64,000 bases of DNA from Escherichia coli (GTDB lineage: Bacteria > Pseudomonadota > Gammaproteobacteria > Enterobacterales > Enterobacteriaceae), in NCBI RefSeq assembly GCF_041886205.1, contig NZ_CP169029.1; one strand, written 5' to 3'. Below the pieces are notes generated by a model. The model did no database searches. It was not told the origin of the DNA and was given only the letters and a program-made list of their open reading frames with translations. Position 1 is the stretch's first letter; every line of letters starts with the position of its first letter. This document shows positions 37,694 to 48,750 of this stretch, piece by piece. The position numbers and the translations under genes were made by a program.

Positions 37694-37857
37694 AGCAACC
37701 TCTGGGGTTAGGAAAAACAGACAGTTCGCTGTTAAAGCGGCTGTGACAGTACAGTGTTACGCTTGCGTTCAGGCACGCTACCGCCGAGTTTTCCGGCAGT
37801 CGCCATCTCCCTTGCTAGTACCCTAACTGACAACCTTTTTTTTATGGTGTAATACAA

Positions 37858-37890
37858 AAACAGCATCCGGCCTGATAGCCGGATGCTGTT
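37858..37890 (-). terminator. Rho-independent terminator downstream of hcp
   Basis: On the minus strand, hairpin CAGCATCCGGC-tatcag-GCCGGATGCTG followed by TTTTTGT, 9 bp after the hcp stop. Confidence 0.55.
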
Positions 37891-37898
37891 GGCTTAAC

Positions 37899-38425
37899 TT
37901 ATGCTTCCAGCGGTGCGCGCCAGTCGTCGGCACCGGAGGTGCCAGATTTGACGTGTTCCCATTCAATTTTCGCGGTAGGCCAGTGAAACTTCGAGCAACT
38001 GGGTGAACTCGCGTTTCGCCGGGTCCTGGCAATGCGGCATATGCAGTTCTCATATCGCCAATCGTCGAATCAGTCAGGCGGGGAGCGAGATAGTGCTCCT
38101 GTTTGCCTTCCACAGAGGTACGCCACCAGTGAAGTTCAGCGGTTGGGCAGCATTTCGCCGGAGGCCAGTGCGTTGTACATCAGCGGAACCGCTTTGTTCA
38201 GCGCCACGGTAAAAATGAAAGGCTTGTGAGCGCACGCTGACCCGCAGGCTGACCGGACTGAGGATCGGTCCGCACAGATAACGTTATGCAGGAATTCCTG
38301 CACCAGCATCTCCGTCTTCGTGCCCCTGCACATAGATGTTGCCGACAGAATCAGCGGTAAATGCACCTGCAGTAATATTTCCCTGGGTCTGACCAGTGAT
38401 GGAAGATATAACACGGTGTTGGCAT
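37899..38425 (-). pseudogene. hcp: hcp (T6SS inner-tube protein), frameshifted
   Basis: Start codon at 38425 encodes MPTPCYI...; internal ...HKPFIFTVALNKAVPLMYNALASGE...; C-terminus ...SGADDWRAPLEA* ending at 37899; the length (527 bp) is not a multiple of 3 and the frame changes at least twice. Confidence 0.8.
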
Positions 38426-39135
38426 TTGTAAACTCCTTGTTAACGTGGTTAATTACTACTTACAATGACCTGCCGTTAATCCCAGACAGGCAGATGCAGC
38501 TCACTTCACGGAACCGCATCATTTTTCAGTATTTTTTACATACAAACCGAGCTAGAATTTACGGTTGTCGTAAAAACTATTTTTAAAATCATTACATAAC
38601 TCTCATTCAGCAAATAACTTAATAATATATATCTGGATAGCCATACCCAACTGTTCAAAGTCCGTATTGCCTCCATAAAATGGCCAACAGCGCGAACCAA
38701 CTGAAAATAAATATTGTATTTATCCTTTCTGAATTATCATTTTGATAATTTTTGAAGATATTCCTTAAAAATACCCACTTAATCAATCACAGTAAACACA
38801 TGTATAAATAAGCAATCATTAGATTAGCTCATGTTTAATGAAATTATTATATACTTCAATAAGTTACATAAAAAATCTATATTTAAATTATTGCCATAAT
38901 ACACCTGACGCGAATTGCACAGGTTCACACAATCTATTTAACGCTTGCAGAATACCCCTCTTTACCATCGATAAAAAGTCCTTTTCTTATTTATTTTGAA
39001 GCGTAAAATGCGGGGTGATGAAGGAGCTGGTGATTTTATTTTCACCGCCATTAGGGCGGCATTGCCGATATTTTTTTGCGGTACAAATATGCCGTGTTCA
39101 TGGCCTGTACGAGATAACATGACGGATTACTTTTA

Positions 39136-39647
39136 TGAGCAAAAAATTTGAAGGCAGCGTCGCGCCTCGCGAGCGTATTAACATATCGTATGTCCCAAAA
39201 ACAGATGGCCAGACGGCTGAAGCGGAACTTCCGCTTAACATGCTCGTTGTCGGCGATACCGGAAATACGCAGGAAAACATCCCCACTGGATGAACGTCAG
39301 GCAGTTTCCGTTAACAAGCACAATTTCGGTGCAGTGATGGCTGAAGCAGCCATTGGCCTCAATTTTACTGTCCCCGCCACGCCTGAAGGGAAGCACAACA
39401 GACGATGAACTGAATGTGGCGCTGAATATCAAATCACTGGAAGCTGACTCTTTCACCAGATAGCGTGGCCCGGCAGGTTCCGGGAAGCGAGTAGTAATCG
39501 CTGGAACTGCGTGAAGCACTGACTGCACTGAAGGGGCTCGGCTGGGTAAACCTTCCGGCATTCCGTACCCAGCTCCAGGCATTGCTGGAAAATGAAGAGT
39601 CCCGCGAGCAGTTGCTCAAAGAAATCGGTCTGGTGAGCAATAAATAA
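39136..39647 (+). pseudogene. tssB: tssB (T6SS sheath small subunit, VipA-like), frameshifted with in-frame stops
   Basis: MSKKFEGSVAPRERINISYVPKTDGQTAEAELPLNMLVVGDTGNTQENIP then frame loss; continuation LDERQAVSVNKHNFGAVMAEAAIGLNFTVPATPEG in another frame; TAG-TAA inside the expected coding sequence. Confidence 0.8.
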
Positions 39648-39682
39648 CCACCACGATTCCATTAAACAGGGTTATCCAGGAC

Positions 39683-41461
39683 ATGACGGCACACAAAAAT
39701 ATCTCCGGGACATACCACCTCTCTGTTGCAGACATTCTGCAGGTGCTTTACCAGGTATGTTTCAGCCCGTCCGTTGAAATCAACCAGGACTGGTGTGGCT
39801 GCGCTGATTACAACACTGGATCGCCGTATCAGTGATCTATTGGATGAGATTATCCATTTTTGTGAGTTTCAGCAGAGCGCGTCGCACTGGCAGCGCGTAC
39901 TTCACTGATGGCGAAAGGCCGGTTCCAGAAACACAGCTAAAACAGAAGGATTTTCAGTATGTCTTTACAGGAAGAGGAACTCTGTTCCCAGTCATGCCGG
40001 GCAGCCTGGAGCAGGCATCGTCGCTGCTTGATCAAATCATGGCACAGACCCGTATTCAGGCCCGGTTCGGAAGGTTATGACGTTGCCCGCCAGGGTGTGA
40101 CAGCCTTTATTGCCAGCATCCTGCAATCCACTGCATCTGCCGAACCGGTCAATAAACTGGCCGTGGACAGCATGATTGCAGATATTGATGAACGCATCAG
40201 CCGCCAGATGGATGTCATCATCCAGGGCGCGCCTGCCTTTCAGCAGGTCGAATCGTTCTGGCGCTCACTGAAAACCATGGTGGATCGCGTTGATTTCCGT
40301 GAAAACATCAAGGTCAACGTGCTTCATGTCACCAAAGCAGGGAACTTCTGGAAGACTTTGAGTTTGCGCCAGAAATTATTCAGTCCGGATTTGATCAAGC
40401 ACGTTTATTCGTCCGGATTCGGACAGTTTGGCGGTGAACCCATCGCTGCCGTGCTGGGCGCTTATGAGTTCAAAAATACCGCGCCTGACATGAGACTGTC
40501 GGCAAGACGCCAGTGCCGTGGGCGCAACGGCGCACGCACCGTTCCTGTCCTCCGTTTCCCCGGCGGAGTTTATGGGGCTGAACTCGTGGACCGAACTGCC
40601 TAATATCAAAGATCTTTATGCCATCTTTGAAGGTCCGGCCTACACCAAATGGCGCGCCCTGGCGTGACTCGGAAGATTCGCGCTGGATTCAGGGCTTACG
40701 GCACCCCGTTCTTCCTGCTTCGCCAGCCCTGGTCACCAGCAGATAACCCTGTTAAGAAGCTTTAACTATCACGAAGATGTCAGCCAGAACCACGAAGATT
40801 ATCTGTGGGGTAATACGGCCTGGATGCTGGCATGCAATATCGCAGACAGTTTTGCCGAATACCGCTGGTGTCCAAACATTATCGGCCCGCAAAGCGGCGG
40901 CGCGGTGAAAGATCTGCCGGTGCATCTGTTCGAAACGATGGGGCAGATTCAGGCCAAAATCCCAACCGAGGTGCTGGTCACCGATCGCCGCGAATTTGAA
41001 CTGGCTGAAGAGGGTTTTATCACCCTGACCATGCGTAAAGACTCTGATAATGCAGCCTTTTTCTCTGCAAACTCGGTACAAAAACCTGAAGCACTTTCCG
41101 GGAAAAGATGCAGAAACCAACTATAAGCTGGGTCTGCAGTCTCCCTGATCTCTTCATCATCAACCGGTTAGCGCACTACATCAAGGTGTTGCAGCGTGAA
41201 CATACTGGGGTCATGGAAAGAAAGGAGCGACTTAGAGAGGGCAGCTCAGACACCCTGGATCCGTCAGTATGTTGCCGACCAGGAAAACCCGCCGGACGGA
41301 CGTGCGCAGCCCGCAAACCTCTGCGCGCAGCCAGAGTTGAGGTTATGGATGTGGAAGGCGAACCCGGCTGGTACCAGGTTGCGCTAAGCGTGAGGCCTCA
41401 TTTTAAATTTATGGGGGCAAATTTTGAGCTTTCCCTGGTCGGCCGGTTAGACAGGGAGTAA
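39683..41461 (+). pseudogene. tssC: tssC (T6SS sheath large subunit, VipB-like), split over several frames
   Basis: Fragments in ORFs 39959..40603, 40824..41126 and 41108..41461; C-terminus ...YVADQENPPDG...VEVMDVEGEPGWYQVALSVRPHFKFMGANFELSLVGRLD is VipB-like but distributed over two frames. Confidence 0.75.
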
Positions 41462-41467
41462 CACACC

Positions 41468-41828
41468 ATGAGAGTACCGGATCGGGAAAAGAACCACAGG
41501 TTCTCTTTTTTGAGCGTATGGAAGCCTCTTCGGCCAGAAACCGGGCAGGGAGGCAGTATTCATTCGCTCAGGCAATCCATTCGCCAGAACCTGACGAAAC
41601 ATTCTGAGTACCCGGTCCGGTAGTTGCCGGGGTGCGCCTGAGCTGGGCATTGATGAACCGGAAGGGGCTGAAAACTTCCGCGAATCCATGAGTCGGGCCA
41701 TCGAGCAATGTATAGAACGCTATGAACCCCGGATCTCACACGCTGAAGTGCAGGCAGTGGTTTCATCCGCCTCCAGCCCGCTGGATACGGCTGCTTCATA
41801 TTACAGCCTGGGTGACATTTCAGTCTGA
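41468..41828 (+). pseudogene. tssE: tssE (gp25-like baseplate component), frameshifted
   Basis: MRVPDREKN...SIHSLRQSIRQNL... then stop; continuation ...ESMSRAIEQCIERYEPRISHAEVQ... in another frame. Confidence 0.55.
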
Positions 41829-41894
41829 AACGCATGAGGTGCTTGAATTTGATATGGCACCGAATGCAGCCAGCATTACCGGGTGGACTGACAA

Positions 41895-43701
41895 ATGGAA
41901 TTTGAAGAACGCTATTTCCGGGAAGAACTCGATTACCTGCGCCAGCTGAGCAAGCTGCTCGGCAATGGATCTATCTGGCCCGCTTCCTGGCCGAAAAAGA
42001 TGCGGATCCGGATATCCAGAACGCCTGCTGGAAGGGGTGGGGCGTCTTTCTTAACCGGCAATCTCCGCCAGAAAATTGAGGATGAATTCCCAGAACTGAC
42101 GCACGGGCTCAATCAAAGATGCTATGGCCTGATCACCTGCGTCCGGTTCCTGGCAATGACCCTTGATCTATATACGCCGGATATGGATAAGTCTTCTGTA
42201 CCGGTGTTAATCCCCTCGTAGACTCAGCAGTTGAACATACCAACGCCGGGGAAATCAGAGTTGATGAAGTGCTGCCCTCTGATGCTAAAAAGGAGGAGCC
42301 GCCTCCCCTGTACCTTCAGCCCTCTGCCGGGATATCAGGCTGCTGGCCCGTTCGCCTGGAGCAGATTGACTGCAGTACGACCCGTAATGGTGTTATCATA
42401 CATCACCCTTTCGGTTCGCACCGGAAACGGACTTCCGCACGCTGGATCTGAACAAACTTCGCTTCTGCCGCTCGGCAATGACGACAACTATACCCGTGAC
42501 CAGCTTTATTTATGGTTCTGCGAATACTTGCAGGGTGCCGACCTGACTGTGGGTGAACAGCATATTCGCCTGCCTGAGTTTATGCTAAAAGCTGTCGGTT
42601 TTGAGCCGCAGGACGCCATGCTGGCCCTGGCCTGAAAAACGTCCACAGCGGCTACCGGATCCTTCAGGAGTATTTCCGTTACCCCGATGCGTTTCTCTTT
42701 TTTGATCTTTGTGGTTGTCCGGCTTTGCCTGACGGATTGCAGGCGGAATTCTTTACCCTGCAACTGCGTTTTTCGCGCCCTTTGCCCGTGGACATCCGGC
42801 TGCGCCGCGATTCCCTGCGCCTGTATCGCGCACCTGCCATTAATTTATTTATCCACCATGCAGAAGCCATCACGCTGGACAAACCGGCGGGCAAGACTAT
42901 CCGCTGGTTCCCAGCCGCCATTACCCACAACATTACGATGTATTTTCCGTTAACAGTGTGGTGAGCCAGGTCCAGGATATGTTCAGGAAAAAAGATCTGG
43001 GGCGTCCTGTTTCGACGCAGGCCGCGCGCCAGTGGCCAGCCTTTGAAAGTTTCAGCCATCAGATGGAATACAGCCGGAAGCGGGAAGTGGTGTACTGGCA
43101 ATCACCGGACCAAAACATCCCTGTTCCATCGCGGCTTTGATCATACCCTTGCCTTTATACATGCTGATGGCAGTTATCCGTCAGACGAATCTTCTCGCTC
43201 GAGTAAATGAAGTGGTTTCGGTATCGCTGACCTGTACCAACCGTGAGCTTCCGTCACAAATACGTTCCGGGCGATATCACCGGCACAACCGGTAAAAATG
43301 CGGCTGTTGCTTCATTTCGCAACATTACCCGCCCGACGCAACCACTCTGGCCGGTCATTGACTGGCAGCCTGCACTGGTCCCTGCTCTCCGCCATGAACC
43401 TGAATTATCTGTCATTACTGGATACGGACGCGCTGAAGCAGCTCATCGCCAGTCTTTGATCGCCACGCAATCCATCATCCGCAGACGGCACGGCTGTCAC
43501 AACAAAAGCTGGATGCCATTGAGCGTCTGGAGACCCGCCCCGTTGATCGCCTGTTTACGGGTATTCCCGTCCGGGGACTTGGCCTCCACGCTGTATCTGC
43601 ACCCGGAGCCGTTTGTCTGTGAAGGGAAATGTATCTGCTCGGTACGGTGCTTTCGCATTTTCTGTCGCTGTACGCCAGCGTTAACTCATTCCACATGCTG
43701 A
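41895..43701 (+). pseudogene. tssF: tssF (baseplate component), split across at least 4 frames
   Basis: N-terminal MEFEERYFREELDYLRQLSKLLG; further pieces in ORFs 42231..42635, 42687..42964, 43243..43701. Confidence 0.65.
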
Positions 43702-43729
43702 CCGTTGTGAACACAGAAAGCCAGGAGAC

Positions 43730-44637
43730 ATGGAAATGGACGGAAAGAATCGGGCAGCATCCTCTTATCTGAGTCCGGGAAATCCCCCGGCAGATAAAGA
43801 GCAGAATGATCCGCTGGCACAGGTTTTCCATAATGCCTGCTCTTACAATTTTTTTGCGATGGCGGGCTCGTTGCACCGCCTGGCAAAGGGTGAAAGGGGA
43901 CGCCAGAATTATCCCTGCGTGACGATCCGGCACAGGAAACCCTGCGTTTCAGCGCCGATGCCAGCCTTGCCTTCCCGTGCAGTGATATCAGTGCACTGAA
44001 ACGGGATACGTCAGGGGCATTCAGGATGACCACCACCTTTATGGGGTTACAGGGGAGCCAGTCGCCTCTCCCCGGTTATTACCTCGATCACCTGGCCTGG
44101 AAAGCGGTACATGAACAAAGTCCGGTAGGTGATTTTCTGGATATGTTCAGCCACCGCCTGACCCAGTTTGTCTGGCATATCTGGCGTAAGTACCGCTATC
44201 ACATCAGTTTTCGTAACGGCGGTGTGGATGCGTTCTCGCAGCGCATGTACTCCCTTGTCGGGCTGGGCCACCGCCAGCTTCGCGATAAGCTGGCGATTAA
44301 TCACAGCAAAATGCTGGCGTATTCCGGGATCCTGGCAAATCCGGGATGATCCCCGGAAATAATCTGTGGCCTGGTGTCCCACTGCTTTGATTTGTCAGAA
44401 GTGACGCTGCAAAACTGGCAACGTCGCAAGGTGGATATTGAACCGGATCAGCAAAATAGTCTGGGGAGCTATTCTCTTAAAAATGGCGAAAAACTGGCGG
44501 GAAGATCGGTACTGGGCAACTTTGTTCTGGGTACACGAGTGCCCGATCTCAGCGGAAAATTCCAGCTCAGTATTACCAGCCTGACCCGAAAACAGTTCCT
44601 CTCTTTCTGCCGTCTGGCGAAAACTTCCTGCCACTGA
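43730..44637 (+). pseudogene. tssG: tssG (baseplate component), at least one frameshift
   Basis: ORFs 43730..43999, 44026..44349 and 44374..44637 are consecutive pieces in different frames; position after tssF. Confidence 0.6.
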
Positions 44638-44840
44638 CGATGTTCGTGTCCTTCATCCTGCGCGATCAGCTTGCCTGGGACTTACATCTGGGGCTGGCGC
44701 CGGAGCAGGTGGGCGCAATGCGCCTGGGCGATAACAAAAGTGCGCTGCTGGGCTGGACCAGCTTCCTCGGCACACCGGAAGAACGACCCTCAGTCACCAT
44801 CAGGGTACGGTCGTAAATTATGATAATCACGGAGCAGAAT

Positions 44841-46121
44841 ATGCCGGAAGAGAAACTACAGACGCTTTCATTGCAGGTCATTAACGGCAGTGAGCTGGAA
44901 AGCGGACGGGCGGCGCGCTGTCTGTTCACACAGCAGGGAAATGTCGGCCATGGCCCCGAATGCCACTGGTCGGTACAGGATCGTCAGCAGAGCATTCCGG
45001 CCCAGGCTTTTACCGTTATCCTGCACGATGGCACATTTTGTCTGCGCCCGCAGACGGCACAACTGTGGCTGAATCAGGCAAAAGTCACAGCAACATCAGA
45101 CCTAATACAGTTGCGCCAGGGCGATGAGATCCAGATCGGACGGCTGATGGTGAGGGTTCATCTGAACCGGGGAGATATTCCCCATTACGATGAGGAAATG
45201 GCCACTCCCGAAACCATCGTTACCAATCGCGATATGCTCACGGATACCCTGCTATCAACGGAGGGTACGCCACACTATCCGGGAATGACTCACCGGCACC
45301 AACTTGCAGACACCGTGGTAAACGGTTTTTCTGCCGATCCACTCCAGGCACTTCAGTCCGAAAGCCTGATTACCACGGGCGATCCGCTTTCAGGCATTGC
45401 GGCTGTCCGGCCATCGGCACCGCTGTCCGATCCGGCAAGTAATGGGGGGATCAATACTCCGTTTATGGATCTGCCGCCCATTTATGCCAGCCCCGGCGAT
45501 CGTAATGACGACGTCTCTGCGGCAGAAATGGCGCAACGCCACCTTGCGGTCACCCCCTTACTGCGCGGTCTTGGCGGCTCGCTTACCATGAGCAATTCCG
45601 ACGATGCGGATGATTTTCTGGAGGAGGCCGGACGAACGTTACAGGCCGCAATAAAAGGTCTGCTCGATTTGCAGCAGCAGCGTAACAGCCTCTCAGACAA
45701 ACATTTGCGCCCGCTGGAAGATAACCCGCTGCGCCTGAACATGGATTACGCCACCGCGCTCGACGTAATGTTTGCCGAAGGTAAAAGCCCGGTACATCTG
45801 GCGGCTCCCGCCGCCGTCAGTGAAAGCCTGCGCAATGTCCGCCACCACGAAGAAGCTAACCGGGCAGCGATTGTGGAGTCGCTTCGTGTCCTGCTGGATG
45901 CTTTCTCACCACAAAATCTGCTGCGCCGCTTTGTGCAGTACCGCCGCAGCCATGAACTGCGCCAGCCGCTGGATGATGCCGGAGCATGGCAAATGTACAG
46001 CCATTATTACGAAGAACTGGCCTCCGATCGCCAGCAGGGGTTTGAGATGCTGTTTAACGAGGTCTACGCCCAGGTCTATGACCGGGTGCTTCGTGAAAAA
46101 CAGCGGGAGCCGGAAGCATGA
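44841..46121 (+). CDS. tagH: T6SS FHA-domain protein TagH/Fha, reading frame intact
   Basis: Continuous ~427-aa ORF; N-terminal FHA-like segment (...LSLQVINGSELESGRAARCLF...LRPQTAQLWLNQAKVTA...GDEIQIGRLMVRV); position between tssG and tssJ; stop overlaps the tssJ start. Confidence 0.7.
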   Translation: MPEEKLQTLSLQVINGSELESGRAARCLFTQQGNVGHGPECHWSVQDRQQSIPAQAFTVILHDGTFCLRPQTAQLWLNQAKVTATSDLIQLRQGDEIQIGRLMVRVHLNRGDIPHYDEEMATPETIVTNRDMLTDTLLSTEGTPHYPGMTHRHQLADTVVNGFSADPLQALQSESLITTGDPLSGIAAVRPSAPLSDPASNGGINTPFMDLPPIYASPGDRNDDVSAAEMAQRHLAVTPLLRGLGGSLTMSNSDDADDFLEEAGRTLQAAIKGLLDLQQQRNSLSDKHLRPLEDNPLRLNMDYATALDVMFAEGKSPVHLAAPAAVSESLRNVRHHEEANRAAIVESLRVLLDAFSPQNLLRRFVQYRRSHELRQPLDDAGAWQMYSHYYEELASDRQQGFEMLFNEVYAQVYDRVLREKQREPEA

Positions 46122-46642
46122 ACAGGAAGGCGTTTCTGGCCTGCGTGCTGATGTGCGTCATATTAACCGGCTGCGAAACGGCGAAAAAAATCAGTGAGGT
46201 GATCAAAAACCCGGATATCCAGGTCGGGAGCCTGAAGGAGCAACCTTCGGAAATAACCGTCACCCTGCTGACCGAACCGGACACGCATACCAATGCGGAA
46301 GGTGAATCAGCCGCCGTGGATGTGCAACTGGTGTACCTGACTGACGACTCAAAATTGCTGGCAGCCGACTATGACCAGATAGCCAGTACGCCGCTACCGG
46401 ATGTGCTGGGTAAAAACTATATCGACCACCAGGATTTCAACCTGTTGCCGGACACCATCAAAACCCTGCCGCCGGTAAAGCTGGATGAGAAAACGCAGTT
46501 TATTGGTGTCGTGGCCGATTTCTCCGATGACCAGGCCACTGAATGGGAACAAATCGAGACGGTGGAAGGAACCGGCCACCATTACCGCCTGCTGGTGCAT
46601 GTACGTCAAAGCAGCATCGAAATGAAAAAAGAGGATGAATAA
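46118..46642 (+). CDS. tssJ: T6SS outer-membrane lipoprotein TssJ, reading frame intact
   Basis: 174 aa; lipoprotein signal MNRKAFLACVLMCVILTGC (lipobox LTGC); ATGA overlap with tagH; followed immediately by tssK. Confidence 0.8.
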   Translation: MNRKAFLACVLMCVILTGCETAKKISEVIKNPDIQVGSLKEQPSEITVTLLTEPDTHTNAEGESAAVDVQLVYLTDDSKLLAADYDQIASTPLPDVLGKNYIDHQDFNLLPDTIKTLPPVKLDEKTQFIGVVADFSDDQATEWEQIETVEGTGHHYRLLVHVRQSSIEMKKEDE

Positions 46643-46644
46643 TT

Positions 46645-47977
46645 ATGGCAACCACCCGCAACAAGGTGATGTGGCAGGAAGGGATGCTGATGCGCCCACA
46701 CCATTTCCAGCAACAGCAGCGTTACAACGACTACCTGGATAACCAGCGTTTCCGGGCCATGAATGATTTATCCTGGGGATTTACCGAACTCACCCTCAAC
46801 AATGAACTGCTGGCGCAGGGTAAGATCATGATTGACAGCGCGTCAGGCACACTGCCCGACGGCACCGTCTTTTCTATCCCCGACCAGGACGCACTGCCCG
46901 ATCCGCTGCACCCGCAAAATTTTCCGGACGAAAGAAGCCGCAATATCTACCTCGCTCTGCCGGTCGCCAGTGATGTGAGAAATGAAATCAGCGACGGACG
47001 GCGAATCGGGCGTTACCGGCTGAATTATGCCGATGTCCGGGATTTGCATTCAGAAGAAGGTGACGCGCGAACATTGACGCTGGGTCAACTGACGCCGCGC
47101 ATTATGAGCGGTGCAGAAGATATGAGCGCCTATATTACGCTCCCGCTTTGCCGTATCAGCGATCGCCATGCCGATGGCTCCCTGACGTTGGATGACGATT
47201 TTATCCCCTCCTGCCAGAATATTCAGGTCAGTAAGAAACTGCGTGTTTATCTCAAAGAGGTACAGGGGGCCATTGGCGGACGGGCAAGCGATCTGGCAAA
47301 CCGTATTGGCTCTCCGGCGCAGAGCGGCATCGCGGATGTGGCGGAATTTATGATGTTGCAGTTACTTAACCGTAACCAGACCCGGTTTACCCATCGCGCC
47401 CGCCGATCCCAGCTCCACCCGGAAGATTTCTACCTTGATCTTGCTGGGTTGCTGGGTGAACTGATGACCTTTACCGAGCCGTCGCGCCTGCCCTGCCCGC
47501 TTGATGTGTATGATCATCATGATCTGACCAAAACATTTAAAACACTGTTACCGGAAGTCAAACGGGCGCTACATACCGTACTGTCGCCAAGAGCGGTCAA
47601 TCTGCCGCTGCATCTGCGTGACGGTATCTGGCAGGCCGATATCCATGACACAGAACTGCTGCAATCTGCCACCTTTGTGCTGGCCGTGGCGGCAAACGTG
47701 CCGGTCGATCAGATCCAGCGTCAGTTTATCCAGCAGTCGAAAATTTCCTCGCCGGAAAAAATCCGCAATATGGTCAGTGTGCAGATCCCCGGTATTCCAT
47801 TGCGTGCCACTTATGGCGGCTCCCCGCCAGCTTCCTTATCATTCCGGGTTCAGCTATTTCGAACTCGACAAGAGCGGACAGGCCTGGACAGAAATGGCTG
47901 CCGCCGGGGCCGTTGCACTGCATGTATCCGGCAGTTTCCCGGATCTGAACATGCAACTGTGGGCGATAAGAGGGTAA
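46645..47977 (+). pseudogene. tssK: tssK (baseplate component), single frameshift near 47820
   Basis: Track ORF 46645..48075 is TssK-like until ...VQIPGIPLRATYGG, then becomes low-complexity; the plausible C-terminus ...LPYHSGFSYFELDKSGQAWTEMAAAGAVALHVSGSFPDLNMQLWAIRG* is in the frame of ORF 47618..47977. Confidence 0.75.
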
Positions 47978-47981
47978 GACG

Positions 47982-48742
47982 ATGGATGAGGGGTCACTGT
48001 CTCTGCCACCATTTACCGGATACGACGAAAAAAGCCAGCGCAACTACCATCTCGCGCTTCGTGGCAACAGCCTGAATCCGATGATCGACGCGGCCACGCC
48101 GCTACTCGGTATGGTAATGCGCCTTTCAACCATGAACAGCCAGACGATGCCGGAGCATCTTTTTGCTCAGGTGGTGACGGATGTTCAGGCCGTGGAGCAA
48201 CTGCTTCAGGAGCAGGGCTACGAACCGGGCGTGATTATCTCGTTTCGCTACATCCCCTGCACGTTTATTGATGAAGCTGGCGCTCGGTAACGGCTGGTCA
48301 AACAAGAACGAGTGGATCAAGCAGTCATTGCTGGTCCATTTCCACAACGAAGCCTGGGGTGGAGAGAAAGTTTTCATCCTGCTGGAGCGCCTGATCCGTG
48401 AACCCAAACGTTACCAGGATCTGCTGGAATTTCTCTGGATCTGTTTTTCTCTGGGATTTCGCGGGCGCTACAAAGTGGCAGCACAGGATCAGGGGGAATT
48501 TGAGCAGATCTACCGCCGTCTGTACCACGTTCTGCATAAACTGCGCGGCGATGCCCCTTTCCCGCTGTTACACCAGGACAAAAACCCAGGGCGGGCGTTA
48601 TCAGCTCATCAGTCGCCTGACTGTTAAACATATTTTTTGTGGTGGCGTTGTCGTGCTGGCGTTGTTTTACCTGTTCTATCTGTTGCGGCTGGACAGCCAG
48701 ACGCAGGACATCCTGCACCAGCTAAACAAATTACTTCGATAA
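47982..48742 (+). pseudogene. tssL: tssL (DotU-like membrane-complex component), about two frameshifts
   Basis: Three consecutive ORF pieces (47982..48290, 48268..48627, 48398..48742) with ...SLLVHFHNEAWGGEKVFILLERL... and a C-terminal transmembrane helix VVVLALFYLFYLL. Confidence 0.62.
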
Positions 48743-48750
48743 GGACGTTT

